NCBI GenBank assembly: GCA_963742795.1
Contig: CAVUNL010000010.1
Span: 82,827-146,826 of the forward strand
Origin: an uncultured Actinomycetes bacterium
GTDB lineage: Bacteria > Actinomycetota > Actinomycetes > Streptosporangiales > Streptosporangiaceae
Reading direction: 5' to 3'
DNA length: 64,000 nt
Both the position numbers and the translations under genes were made by a program. Under the pieces are notes generated by a model. The model had not been told where the DNA came from, made no database searches, and saw only the letters and a list, made by a program, of their open reading frames with translations. Shown here in pieces: positions 1-8,491 of the stretch; positions within the stretch are counted from its first letter, which is position 1; the number at the start of each line of letters is the position of its first letter.

Positions 1-77
1 GGCCGTAACGATCCCGTATCGCAATCTTTCTATGGTGAAGGTGCGTCGCAAGACGAGCCGCGAACCCGGAGTGTGAC

Positions 78-2132
78 ATGACGCAACAGATGGGGAGTAC
101 CAGCGGGACCGCACCTGTATCCCGTGAGACGGAGGTAACGCCCGGGGGGGCGTCTGAGCTGACGTCGGAGCCGATGACGGCACCAACGTCTGGTGGGGCG
201 TCCGGGGGGACGCCTGGGGTCACGGAGGCTGACTGGCAGGAGCCAGGCAGCACCGAGCCAGGCGGCCCGATGTCGGCCGGCTCCGAGACCAGCACCGCAG
301 ACGGCACCGCAGACGATGCCACGGACAGCACCGCTGACGACGCCACGGATAGCAACAATGCCGCCCGCCGGCGGAACTGGCTGCGCCGTACGGCGCCCGC
401 CGCCGCCGACATCGTGCCGATCGCGCCGAGCGTGGTGGCGGCCGGGCCCGAGCTGGACCTGGCCTCCAACGACCCGCTGATCGGGTACCTGCTCAGCGCG
501 GCCAGCGCGGTGGACATCACCGCCCTTCAGCTCCAGTCCCCGGCGCTGAAGGCCCTGCAGGAGGCCGGCGTGGTCCTGGTCGTCCCGCTCATCTCGTCGG
601 GCAGTCTGGTCGGCCTGCTCAGCCTCGGCCCGAGAAGGTCCGAGCGCGGGTACTCAACCGACGACCTGCGCCTGCTCAACTCCCTGGCCGGCTACGCAGC
701 TCCCGCCATGCGGGTCGGCCAGCTGGTCCGCCAGCAGCAGGCCGAAGCCCGTCAGCGTGAGCGGCTCGACCAGGAACTGAAGATCGCGCAGCTCATCCAG
801 CAGCAGTTCCTGCCCAAGGAGCTGCCTGACCTGCCGAGCTGGCACGTAGCCGCGTTCTACCGCCCGGCCCGGACCGTCGGCGGGGACTTCTACGACTTCA
901 TCCCGCTGCCGGACGGCCGGGTCATGTTCGTGGTCGGCGACGTGACCGACAAGGGCGTGCCCGCGGCCCTGGTCATGGCCAGCACGCACTCGCTCTTGCG
1001 GGACGCCGCGCCGCGGCTGATCTCGCCGGGCAAGGTCCTCGGGCACGTCAACGACATGCTCTGCGTCGACATCCCGGCCCACATGTTCGTCACGTGCCTG
1101 GCCCTGGTCCTGGACCCGGCCAGCGGCGAGGTGGAGTTCGCCAACGCCGGCCACGACGTCCCGTACGTGCGAACCCAGAGCGGCGTGCAAGAGCTGCGCG
1201 CCCGCGGCATGCCGCTAGGTCTGATGCAGGGCAGCTCGTACGAGGAGATGAGCTTCCAGTTCGAGCCGGGTGACTGCGCCCTGCTGCACAGCGACGGCTT
1301 GGCCGAGGCGCACGCGCCGGACCGCGAGATGTTCGGCTTCCCGCGGGTGTCGGCACTGGTGGGTAAGGGCCCGTCGGGCGAGGGGCTGATCGATCTGTGC
1401 CTGACCGAGCTCGGTAGCTTCACCGGTCCCGATCACGAGCAGGAGGACGACATCACGCTGGTCTCGCTTCAGCGCTCGCCGTCCGCCTGGCGCCAGGAAG
1501 CACGGCACCCAGAAGAACTGCACCCAGAAGACACTGCACCTGGAAGCACTGCACCCGGAAGCACTGCAAACGCAAGCCCTGCAAACGCAAGCCCTGCAAA
1601 CGCAAGCCCTGCACCAGGATGCGCGGCACCAGGACACGCGGTACTAGGAGCAAACGCGATGACTCAGGTAGCCCGCCCCGCCCCCCGCAGGCTCGATGCG
1701 TTCGAGCTGCCAAGCGAACCCGGCAACGAGCGCCTCGCGCTGGCCCGGGTCGCGGAGACGGTGCAAGGGCTTGGCCTGTCCGACTCCCGGCTGGAGAAGC
1801 TCAAGACCGCGGTGGCCGAGGCCACCATGAACGCGATCGAGCACGGCAACGGGAACCGCGCCGAGATCCCGGTGGAGGTCGAGGTCACCCAGAACGGCGA
1901 CGAGATCGTCGTCGCCATCAGCGACCAAGGCGGCGAGGTGTCCAGCACACCCAAGCCGGCCGAGCAGCCCGATCTGCTCAAGAAGCTGGACGGCGGGCAG
2001 AGCCCGCGCGGCTGGGGCCTCTTCCTCATCCGCAACATGGTCGACGCCATGGACATAACCATCAATGGCCAGCGGCACACCATCTGGCTGACCATGCGAA
2101 CTGGAGGTGCTGCACATGGCGAGCATGTGTGA
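78..2132 (+). CDS. GAF-PP2C (SpoIIE/RsbU-type) phosphatase fused to a C-terminal RsbW-like GHKL anti-sigma kinase domain
   Basis: 684-aa ORF with GGAG upstream of the ATG. PP2C/SpoIIE motifs GGDFYDF, VVGDVTDKGVPAALVMA and HSDGL are present. The C-terminal ATMNAIEHGN...GWGLFLI resembles the N/G boxes of anti-sigma kinases. Confidence 0.85.
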   Translation: MTQQMGSTSGTAPVSRETEVTPGGASELTSEPMTAPTSGGASGGTPGVTEADWQEPGSTEPGGPMSAGSETSTADGTADDATDSTADDATDSNNAARRRNWLRRTAPAAADIVPIAPSVVAAGPELDLASNDPLIGYLLSAASAVDITALQLQSPALKALQEAGVVLVVPLISSGSLVGLLSLGPRRSERGYSTDDLRLLNSLAGYAAPAMRVGQLVRQQQAEARQRERLDQELKIAQLIQQQFLPKELPDLPSWHVAAFYRPARTVGGDFYDFIPLPDGRVMFVVGDVTDKGVPAALVMASTHSLLRDAAPRLISPGKVLGHVNDMLCVDIPAHMFVTCLALVLDPASGEVEFANAGHDVPYVRTQSGVQELRARGMPLGLMQGSSYEEMSFQFEPGDCALLHSDGLAEAHAPDREMFGFPRVSALVGKGPSGEGLIDLCLTELGSFTGPDHEQEDDITLVSLQRSPSAWRQEARHPEELHPEDTAPGSTAPGSTANASPANASPANASPAPGCAAPGHAVLGANAMTQVARPAPRRLDAFELPSEPGNERLALARVAETVQGLGLSDSRLEKLKTAVAEATMNAIEHGNGNRAEIPVEVEVTQNGDEIVVAISDQGGEVSSTPKPAEQPDLLKKLDGGQSPRGWGLFLIRNMVDAMDITINGQRHTIWLTMRTGGAAHGEHV
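1506..1640 (+). repeat. Nine tandem, in-frame 15-bp units in the linker between the PP2C and kinase domains
   Basis: Pentapeptide periodicity read directly: HPEEL, HPEDT, APGST x2, ANASP x3, APGCA, APGHA. Confidence 0.85.
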
Positions 2133-2481
2133 GGCCACGACCCGGGTGCTGCCCGGTGCCGCCGTCATTGAGCTTTCCGGTGAGGTCGACGGGTCCGCCG
2201 CCGACGTGCTGACCAACGCGTACCAGACCGCGGTCGGCACCCACGCGGACCTGGGCACGGTCGTGCTCGACTTCGCCGCGGTGGACTACATCAACTCCAC
2301 CGGCATCGCGCTGATCGTCAGCGTGCTGGCCCGCGCCCGGGCCGAACGCCGCAAGGTCGTCGCCAGCGGGCTGTCCCCGCACTATCGCGAGATCTTCGAC
2401 ATCACCAGGCTGTCGGACTTCATCGAGCTCTTTCCCGACCTCGACCACGCCGTCAGCCAGCTCACCGGACCAGCCGCGTAG
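2116..2481 (+). CDS. STAS-domain anti-sigma-factor antagonist
   Basis: GGAGG lies 8 nt upstream of the ATG at 2116, which overlaps the end of the previous gene. Motifs VDYINSTGIALIV and HYREIFDITRL are typical of SpoIIAA/RsbV-like STAS proteins. Confidence 0.85.
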   Translation: MASMCEATTRVLPGAAVIELSGEVDGSAADVLTNAYQTAVGTHADLGTVVLDFAAVDYINSTGIALIVSVLARARAERRKVVASGLSPHYREIFDITRLSDFIELFPDLDHAVSQLTGPAA

Positions 2482-2529
2482 AGCGGCACGCTAACGAACA
2501 TAAAAGGGTCATTAAGGGGAGGAAATCAG

Positions 2530-2886
2530 ATGAGTGCACCGACGATCACGATGGATGTGCGGCGGATCGGCGACGAGGTGGCGGTCGTCGACATCAAGGG
2601 TGAGGTCACCGCGGCGTGCGAGCCCGTGCTGATGTCAGCCTACGAGGCCGCCAGCGACGGCCGGACGAACCGGCTCGTGCTGAACTTTGCAGGCCTTGAG
2701 TACATGAACAGTGGCGGCATCGGCATGCTGGTCACCCTGCTCGTGCGGGCCAACCGGCAGCGTCAGCAGCTCTCCGCCTACGGGCTGAGCGCGCACTACC
2801 GGGAGATCTTCGAGCTCACCCGGCTGGACGAGGCCATCACGATCTACGACAACGAGGAATCGGCGCTCAACGGCGTCGTCAAGTAA
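2530..2886 (+). CDS. STAS-domain anti-sigma-factor antagonist (second paralog)
   Basis: Strong RBS (AAGGGGAGGA). LEYMNSGGIGMLV...HYREIFELTRL is paralogous to the preceding gene. Confidence 0.85.
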   Translation: MSAPTITMDVRRIGDEVAVVDIKGEVTAACEPVLMSAYEAASDGRTNRLVLNFAGLEYMNSGGIGMLVTLLVRANRQRQQLSAYGLSAHYREIFELTRLDEAITIYDNEESALNGVVK

Positions 2887-2905
2887 AAGGAGAGGGGGGC
2901 TGGCC

Positions 2906-3797
2906 ATGACCGAGACAGCAGGCCCGGACCGGGTGCGGTCGACGGAGCAGATCGGGCTGAGCGCCCGTGAGGCCGCTGCGACCCCGGTGCCGCAGGCGAC
3001 GGGCAACGCCCCGCCGCGGAACGCGGCTCAGGCAAGCAGGGCCGCGGAACGCGGCTCAGGCAGCAGGGCCGCGGAACGCGGCCAGCTGGGCCAGGAAGGT
3101 TGACCGGCTCGAGGTGGACCCGCGGGCCGGCGTCCGCGGGACCAACGTCGCGGGCCGGCGGCTCACCGGACCGGTTCAGGGCTTCGGCAAGATGTGGCAG
3201 AAGAGCTACCGCATGAAAGCAGGGCCGGAGATCGCGCCGGAACAGGCGATCGCCACCTGGAGAGAGCACTTTCCCGAGTTCTGGCCGAAGGGCAACCGGT
3301 TCGCCGGCGCCCTGACCGGCATCAATCCCGGCGACGTGGCCCTGCTCGACCTGGCCATCGGCGGCGGCGTGAAGCTGTCCACCGGGGTCTTCGTCCTCTA
3401 CGCCGACGCCGAGTCGTTCACCCTGATGACCCCGCAGGGGCACATGTTCGCGGGCTGGATCACCTTCTCCGCCGAACGCGAGGCCGACGAGACTGTGGTG
3501 CAGGCCCTGGTCCTGATGCGAGCCAACGACCCGCTCTACGAGATCGCGATGACGTTCGGCGGGCATCGCAAGGAGGACAAGTTCTGGGCCGCCACGCTGA
3601 CCGCGCTGGGGGAGCGGCTGGGCCTCCCGAACCCGGTCGTGGAGACCAAGACCACCTGCGTGGACACCAAACGCCAGTGGCGTCACGCCAACAACGTCTG
3701 GCACAACTCGATGATCCGCAGCGTGTTGCAGACCATGGCGGCTCCGGTGACCGGCCTGGCCCGTAGGCTCCGCCGAAACAAGCAGGCCACCACCTGA
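2906..3797 (+). CDS. Conserved hypothetical protein, apparently split by a +1 frame shift inside a 28/27-bp tandem repeat
   Basis: AAGGAGAG RBS precedes the ATG at 2906. That frame stops at 3103, while the protein-like sequence (GFGKMWQKSYRM...) continues in the next frame to 3797. Removing one A at 3034-3035 joins the two frames. Confidence 0.5.
3013..3083 (+). repeat. Tandem repeat with units of 28, 27 and a partial 16 bp
   Basis: GCCGCGGAACGCGGCTCAGGCAAGCAGG / GCCGCGGAACGCGGCTCAGGCAGCAGG / GCCGCGGAACGCGGCC. The units differ by one A. Confidence 0.8.
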
Positions 3798-3811
3798 AAC
3801 AGAGAGATGTC

Positions 3812-5308
3812 ATGCGGGGGAATCTTGACGCGGTGATAGTCGGCAGCGGCCCGAACGGTCTGGCCGCTGCCGTCACCCTGGCCGCGGCAGGCCTGAGGGT
3901 GCAGGTGATCGAGGGCGCGCCGGAGATCGGCGGCGGCTGCCGGACCGAGGAGCTCACCCTGCCCGGCTTCCGGCACGACGTCTGCTCGGCGGCGCATCCC
4001 CTGGCCCTGGCCTCGTCCTTCTTCCAGCGCTTCGACCTGGCCGCGCGGGGCGTGCGGTTCGCGCAACCGGAGGTCGAGTTCGCCAACCCCCTGGACGGCG
4101 GCCGGGCGGCGATCGTGACCCGCTCGGTGGCCGAGACCGCCGCCCGCCTCGGCGCCGACGGCCGCTCCTACCGCCGCCTGATCGGCCCGATGGCCCGCCA
4201 CGTCGACGACATCTGCGCGGAACTGCTCAAGCCGCTGCGCCGCCCGCCCGCGCATCCGCTGGTCATGGCCGGGTACGGCAGCCGCGGCATCCTGCCCGCC
4301 GCCGCGCTGGTCCGGCGCTGGCGCGGGCCAGAGGCGCGGGCGATCATGGGCGGGGCCGCGGCTCACTCCATGCTGCCGCTCAACGCCGTCCCGACCGGGG
4401 GCATCGGCCTGATGCTGATCGTGCTCGCGCACGGCGTGGGCTGGCCGCTGATCGAGGGCGGCAGCGCCCGGATCACCGACGCGATGGCGGACGCGGTGGT
4501 CACCGCCGGCGGCAGCATCGAGACCGGCCGCTGGGTCCGCTCGCTGGCCGAGCTACCCAGGGCGACCGCCGTCCTGCTCGACGTCTCGCCCAAGAACCTG
4601 GCCGAACTGGCCGGCGACCAGCTACCCGGCCGGTACCGCGCCGCCCTGCGCCGCTACCGCTACAACCCCGGCGTCTGCAAGGTCGACTTCGCCCTGTCCG
4701 GCCCGGTGCCGTGGGCCAACGAGGACTGCCGCCGGGCCGGCACCTTGCACCTGGGCGGGACCTTCGAGGAGATGGCCATAGCCGAGGCCGAGGTCGTCGC
4801 GGGCAAGCACCCGCAGAACCCGTACGTGCTGGTCGTCCAGCCGGGGGTCGCCGACCCGTCCCGGGCCCCGGCCGGGCAGCAGACGCTGTGGGCCTACACC
4901 CACGTGCCGGCCGGGTCCGACGTAGACGCGACCGACCGGATCGAGGCGCAGATCGAGCGGTTCGCGCCCGGCTTCCGCGACCTGGTCCTGGCCCGCGCCG
5001 TGCGCACCGCGGCCGACGAGGAGGCCCACAACCCGAACTACGTGGGCGGTGATATCGCGGTCGGCATGCAGACCATGAAGCAGACCGTATTCCGGCCGAC
5101 CATCCAGTGGAACCCGTACCGTACCCCGATCCGCGGCGTCTACCTGTGCTCCTCGGCCACCCCTCCCGTCCCCGGCGTGCACGGCCGCTGCGGCGAACTC
5201 GCCGCGCTCACCGCGCTGCGCGACATGTTTGCCATCCGCGACGCCCCCGACATCAGCCCGGCCCGCCTCCGCCCCGCCCCGAACGTCCCGACCAGCCCAG
5301 CACCGTAG
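3812..5308 (+). CDS. FAD/NAD(P)-binding oxidoreductase of the phytoene-desaturase (CrtI-like) family
   Basis: N-terminal Rossmann motif DAVIVGSGPNGLAAAVTLAAAGLRVQVIEG in a 498-aa ORF. Confidence 0.8.
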   Translation: MRGNLDAVIVGSGPNGLAAAVTLAAAGLRVQVIEGAPEIGGGCRTEELTLPGFRHDVCSAAHPLALASSFFQRFDLAARGVRFAQPEVEFANPLDGGRAAIVTRSVAETAARLGADGRSYRRLIGPMARHVDDICAELLKPLRRPPAHPLVMAGYGSRGILPAAALVRRWRGPEARAIMGGAAAHSMLPLNAVPTGGIGLMLIVLAHGVGWPLIEGGSARITDAMADAVVTAGGSIETGRWVRSLAELPRATAVLLDVSPKNLAELAGDQLPGRYRAALRRYRYNPGVCKVDFALSGPVPWANEDCRRAGTLHLGGTFEEMAIAEAEVVAGKHPQNPYVLVVQPGVADPSRAPAGQQTLWAYTHVPAGSDVDATDRIEAQIERFAPGFRDLVLARAVRTAADEEAHNPNYVGGDIAVGMQTMKQTVFRPTIQWNPYRTPIRGVYLCSSATPPVPGVHGRCGELAALTALRDMFAIRDAPDISPARLRPAPNVPTSPAP

Positions 5309-5347
5309 CGCGCCTGACCCGCCTGCCCTGTTTTCAACCCCTTTATT

Positions 5348-5362
5348 CCGAACGGACCGTGG
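5348..5362 (+). repeat. Dispersed motif copy 1 (CCGAACGGACCGTGG)
   Basis: Exact 15-mer preceded by CTTTATT, in a convergent intergenic region. Confidence 0.8.
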
Positions 5363-5451
5363 TGCTCGCCCCCGGCTGCCGCCCTGCCCCGAGATGCTGC
5401 CGCTATATCCGTTATGTCCAAACTTAAGGTTGAGACATTTCGGGCACGGCT

Positions 5452-5504
5452 CATGATCGTGAACAGTTTGGGTCAAATAGCGCCCAAAACTGTACATGAT
5501 CATG
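5452..5504. repeat. Long imperfect inverted repeat in an AT-richer intergenic island
   Basis: CATGATCGTGAACAGTTTGGG, a 10-nt loop, then CCCAAAACTGTACATGATCATG. About 21 bp with two mismatches and one bulge. Confidence 0.7.
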
Positions 5505-5564
5505 AAACAGCTCCGCGCTGGGATGTGCGCCAGCGACACGGGAACCGGGACGCGCCGCCCGGAG

Positions 5565-6221
5565 CTACTTACGGGAACCCTTGATCGAGCCGTTCAGGGT
5601 CGCACCGGCGGGCTGCTTGGACGTTGAGTAATAGGCGACGCAGTGCAGCGCGCGGTCGCCCGTCGGCCAGGTCGAGGCGTCCGGGATGATGTTGGTCCAG
5701 GTGTAAATGGACTTCTTGTAGGTAATCCCGACGTAGGCTTGGAAGGCGCTGTCGCACGCCGCGGTGCCGTCCTTGCTGATCGTGCTGGCCCCGGGGAACG
5801 GGCCGTTCTGCGGCCAGAAGTTGTCATCGGCCAGGAACACTTCCGCGGTGTGTGGCTGGTTGCACGGCACGGCTTGGGTCAGCTTGGGCCACGGGTCGCT
5901 GGTGTTCAGCTCCATGTTGGTTCCGCTCAGACAGTCGCCCACCTGCAGCTGGGAGAGCTGCAGGTTCCCCAAGGTCGGGGTCGGCGTGACGCTGGGCGCC
6001 GCGGAACTCGACCCCGCGCTAACGCCCGACCCGGCCGACGCCGCGTGATGGCCGGAGCCGAGCGACAGGACCACGGCCGCGACGATCACCGCGCACACCG
6101 CCGCCGCCGCGCCGACCGCCCACGGCCACCGCGTCCGCCGCCGCGGCATCGGCTGCACGAGCGGCGAATACCACTGGCTGCCCTGCAGACCCGGATACGC
6201 CGGCTGACTCGGGTACCGCAT
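5565..6221 (-). CDS. Pro/Gly/Gln-rich linker, one TM helix and a septum-formation-type extracellular domain. Probably the C-terminal part of the upstream kinase.
   Basis: WPWAVGAAAAVCAVIVAAVVL is a TM helix. The Cys/His pattern (DCL...VPCNQPHTAEVF...HCVAY) fits septum-formation-domain proteins. It overlaps the kinase ORF by about 200 nt in another frame. Confidence 0.6.
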   Translation of the reverse strand: MRYPSQPAYPGLQGSQWYSPLVQPMPRRRTRWPWAVGAAAAVCAVIVAAVVLSLGSGHHAASAGSGVSAGSSSAAPSVTPTPTLGNLQLSQLQVGDCLSGTNMELNTSDPWPKLTQAVPCNQPHTAEVFLADDNFWPQNGPFPGASTISKDGTAACDSAFQAYVGITYKKSIYTWTNIIPDASTWPTGDRALHCVAYYSTSKQPAGATLNGSIKGSRK

Positions 6222-7359
6222 CGGGGGCGGAACCTGCGCCCCGCCTCCCGGCTCCTGTGGCCCCTGCCCCGGGCCGGCGCTGGCCCAGGTATCCCCGCGG
6301 CGCCGGATACGCCTGGGCTGCCGCGAGCTCGGCCTCCACCACAGGCTCGGCCTCCGCCACAGGCTCGGCCTCCACCACAGGCTCGGCCTCCGCCACAGGC
6401 TCGGCCTCCACCACAGGCTCGGCCTCCACCGCGGGCTCGGCGTCCGCCACGACAGCCGCGTGCGGGCTGACCTCCGCGACTCGCTGCGCGGAGAGCTCCA
6501 CGAGCCGGGCCGGCAGCCAGTCGGCCAGGTCGGCGGCGGTAGGGTCGACGGCGGCCAGCTCGGCCAGGAACTCCGCCGCGGTGGGCCGCGCCGCGGCGCT
6601 CCGGGACAGGCACCGGCTGATCAGCGGCCGGATCTTGTCCGGGACCTGATCCAGGTTGGGCGTGCCGTGGACCACGCGGTACAGCAGCGCCGCCGTATCC
6701 CCGCTCCCGAACGCCCCTTCTCCTCGCGACGCGAAGACGACCACGCCGGCCAGGCTGAAGATGTCGCTGGACGGCCCGACCGGCATCCCCTCAGCCTGTT
6801 CGGGGGACATGAACCCGGCCGAGCCGATCATCAGCCCGGTGCCGGTCAGCGAGGCGGCGCCCGCCGCGGAGGAGATCCCGAAGTCGATAATCCGCGGCCC
6901 GTCCGGCGCCAGTAGCACATTGGACGGCTTGAGGTCCCGGTGGATGACCCCGGCCGCGTGGATCGCGCTCAGCCCTTCGGCCAGCCCCGCGGCCAGCGCC
7001 AGCACCGTCGTGGCTGGCAGCGGCCCCTGCTGTTCCACCGCTTCGGTCAGCGAGGCGCCCGGCACGTAGGCGGTGACCAGCCAGGGTACGGGGCTGTCCA
7101 GGTCGGCGTCGACCACCTGCGCGGTGAACAGCCCGCCCACCTTGCGCGCCGCGGACACCTCGCGCGCGAACCTGGCCCGGAAGCTGTCGTCCTCGGCCAG
7201 CTGCGGCCGGATCACCTTCACCGCCACCTGGCGCCCGCCCGGTGACCGGGCCAGATAGACCCGGCCCATCCCGCCGCTCCCGAGCCTGCCCAGCAGCACG
7301 TATGGCCCCACCCGCTGCGGATCGTCGGCTTGCAACGCAGCCAAACTAGTCACCCCCAC
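6019..7359 (-). CDS. Ser/Thr protein kinase (Hanks type)
   Basis: GSGGMGRVYLA, VAVK, HRDLKPSNVLL, DFGIS and SPEQ motifs. The sequence after about 6270 looks out of frame (Gly/Arg/Ala junk), which suggests a frame shift into the 5565..6221 ORF. Confidence 0.85.
   Translation of the reverse strand: MGVTSLAALQADDPQRVGPYVLLGRLGSGGMGRVYLARSPGGRQVAVKVIRPQLAEDDSFRARFAREVSAARKVGGLFTAQVVDADLDSPVPWLVTAYVPGASLTEAVEQQGPLPATTVLALAAGLAEGLSAIHAAGVIHRDLKPSNVLLAPDGPRIIDFGISSAAGAASLTGTGLMIGSAGFMSPEQAEGMPVGPSSDIFSLAGVVVFASRGEGAFGSGDTAALLYRVVHGTPNLDQVPDKIRPLISRCLSRSAAARPTAAEFLAELAAVDPTAADLADWLPARLVELSAQRVAEVSPHAAVVADAEPAVEAEPVVEAEPVAEAEPVVEAEPVAEAEPVVEAELAAAQAYPAPRGYLGQRRPGAGATGAGRRGAGSAPDAVPESAGVSGSAGQPVVFAARAADAAAADAVAVGGRRGGGGVRGDRRGRGPVARLRPSRGVGRVGR
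6331..6438 (-). repeat. Six tandem 18-bp units encoding (EPVVEA/EPVAEA)n in the kinase linker
   Basis: GGCCTCCACCACAGGCTC alternates with GGCCTCCGCCACAGGCTC. Confidence 0.9.
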
Positions 7360-7466
7360 CTGCTGCCTGACGACGCGCCGGCGAAACTACACATATCACG
7401 GTCTTTAGCGGCGGCCCGGACCCCGCGTAACGCAACGGGCCGGCCGCAAGCCAGTTCCCTACAGTA

Positions 7467-8453
7467 GTGCGGATTACGGCCATATGGCGGGTTAAGCGGC
7501 AATCGACCAGCGGTTATGGCCCTGGCCGAAGCCCCGGGGGAGCCAAGGGAGCCGACGGGATCATCCGTACCGGGCCGGTCGAGCCGCGCATCTCCAGTGC
7601 GCAGCTGAACCGCCCGCGCAGCCGGATCTACTACCGGATCGTGCTCACCCTGGTCGTGGTGATCTTCACCCTGGTCTTCATCGGGCCGCTGTACTTCCTG
7701 TTCAGCGACGGGCTCAAGTCCACCCAGGAGGCCGTCCAGGTGCCGCCGACGATCATCCCGGCGCACGTGCACCCGGGCACCTACGCGTCCGCGTGGAGCC
7801 GTGTGGGCCTCGGCCGGCTACTGTTCAACACCCTGTACTACGCCTTCGGCGCGCTGGCCCTGCAGCTCGTCTTCGACGTAGCCGCGGCCTACTCGCTGTC
7901 GCGGCTGCGGCCGGTGCTCGGGAACGTCATCTTCGCGCTGATGCTGGCCACCTTGATGATCCCGGCCACCGTCCTGATCGTCCCGCAGTACATCACGGTC
8001 GCCGACCTGCCCCTCCTGCATCTGAACCTGATCGGCTCCCCGGCCGCCATCTGGTTGCCGTCGGTGGCCAACGCGTTCAACATCTTCCTGCTCAAGCGGT
8101 TCTTCGACTCGATCCCGGGCGACCTGCTGGCCGCGGCGGCGATCGATGGCGCGTCCCCGCTGCGCACCCTGCGCTCGGTCGTGCTGCCCATCTCCCGCCC
8201 GATCATCGGCGTGGTCTCGATCTTCTCGCTGGTCGCCGTGTGGAAGGACTTCCTGTGGCCGCTGCTGGTCGAGTACGGCTACAACCCGAGCCGGGAGACC
8301 CTGAACGTCGGCATCTGGGAGGCGTCAAGCACCACCCCGCAGAACCTGGTCCTCGCCGCCTCGGCCATGGCCGCGGTCCCCACGCTCATCTTCTTCCTGA
8401 TCTTCCAGCGCAATATCTTGGCCGGCTTGACCGCGGGCAGCCTCAAGGGCTGA
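7467..8453 (+). CDS. Carbohydrate ABC transporter permease (MalG/BPD type)
   Basis: Multi-TM protein with the EAA-loop region FFDSIPGDLLAAAAIDGASPLRTLRSVVLPISRP. The true 5' end is unclear. No partner permease, binding protein or ATPase lies nearby. Confidence 0.75.
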   Translation: MRITAIWRVKRQSTSGYGPGRSPGGAKGADGIIRTGPVEPRISSAQLNRPRSRIYYRIVLTLVVVIFTLVFIGPLYFLFSDGLKSTQEAVQVPPTIIPAHVHPGTYASAWSRVGLGRLLFNTLYYAFGALALQLVFDVAAAYSLSRLRPVLGNVIFALMLATLMIPATVLIVPQYITVADLPLLHLNLIGSPAAIWLPSVANAFNIFLLKRFFDSIPGDLLAAAAIDGASPLRTLRSVVLPISRPIIGVVSIFSLVAVWKDFLWPLLVEYGYNPSRETLNVGIWEASSTTPQNLVLAASAMAAVPTLIFFLIFQRNILAGLTAGSLKG

Positions 8454-8491
8454 GGCCACCTCTCGAAATCACCGAAGAAAGCAGGTTCTCC

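Noticed and set aside
5348-5362. The dispersed motif as an actinobacterial LexA/SOS box
   Set aside because: Only one half site (CGAAC) matches TCGAAC-N4-GTTCGA. The second half (CGTGG) does not. The motif also does not fit the DasR, Rex, CRP or ECF promoter consensus sequences I know.
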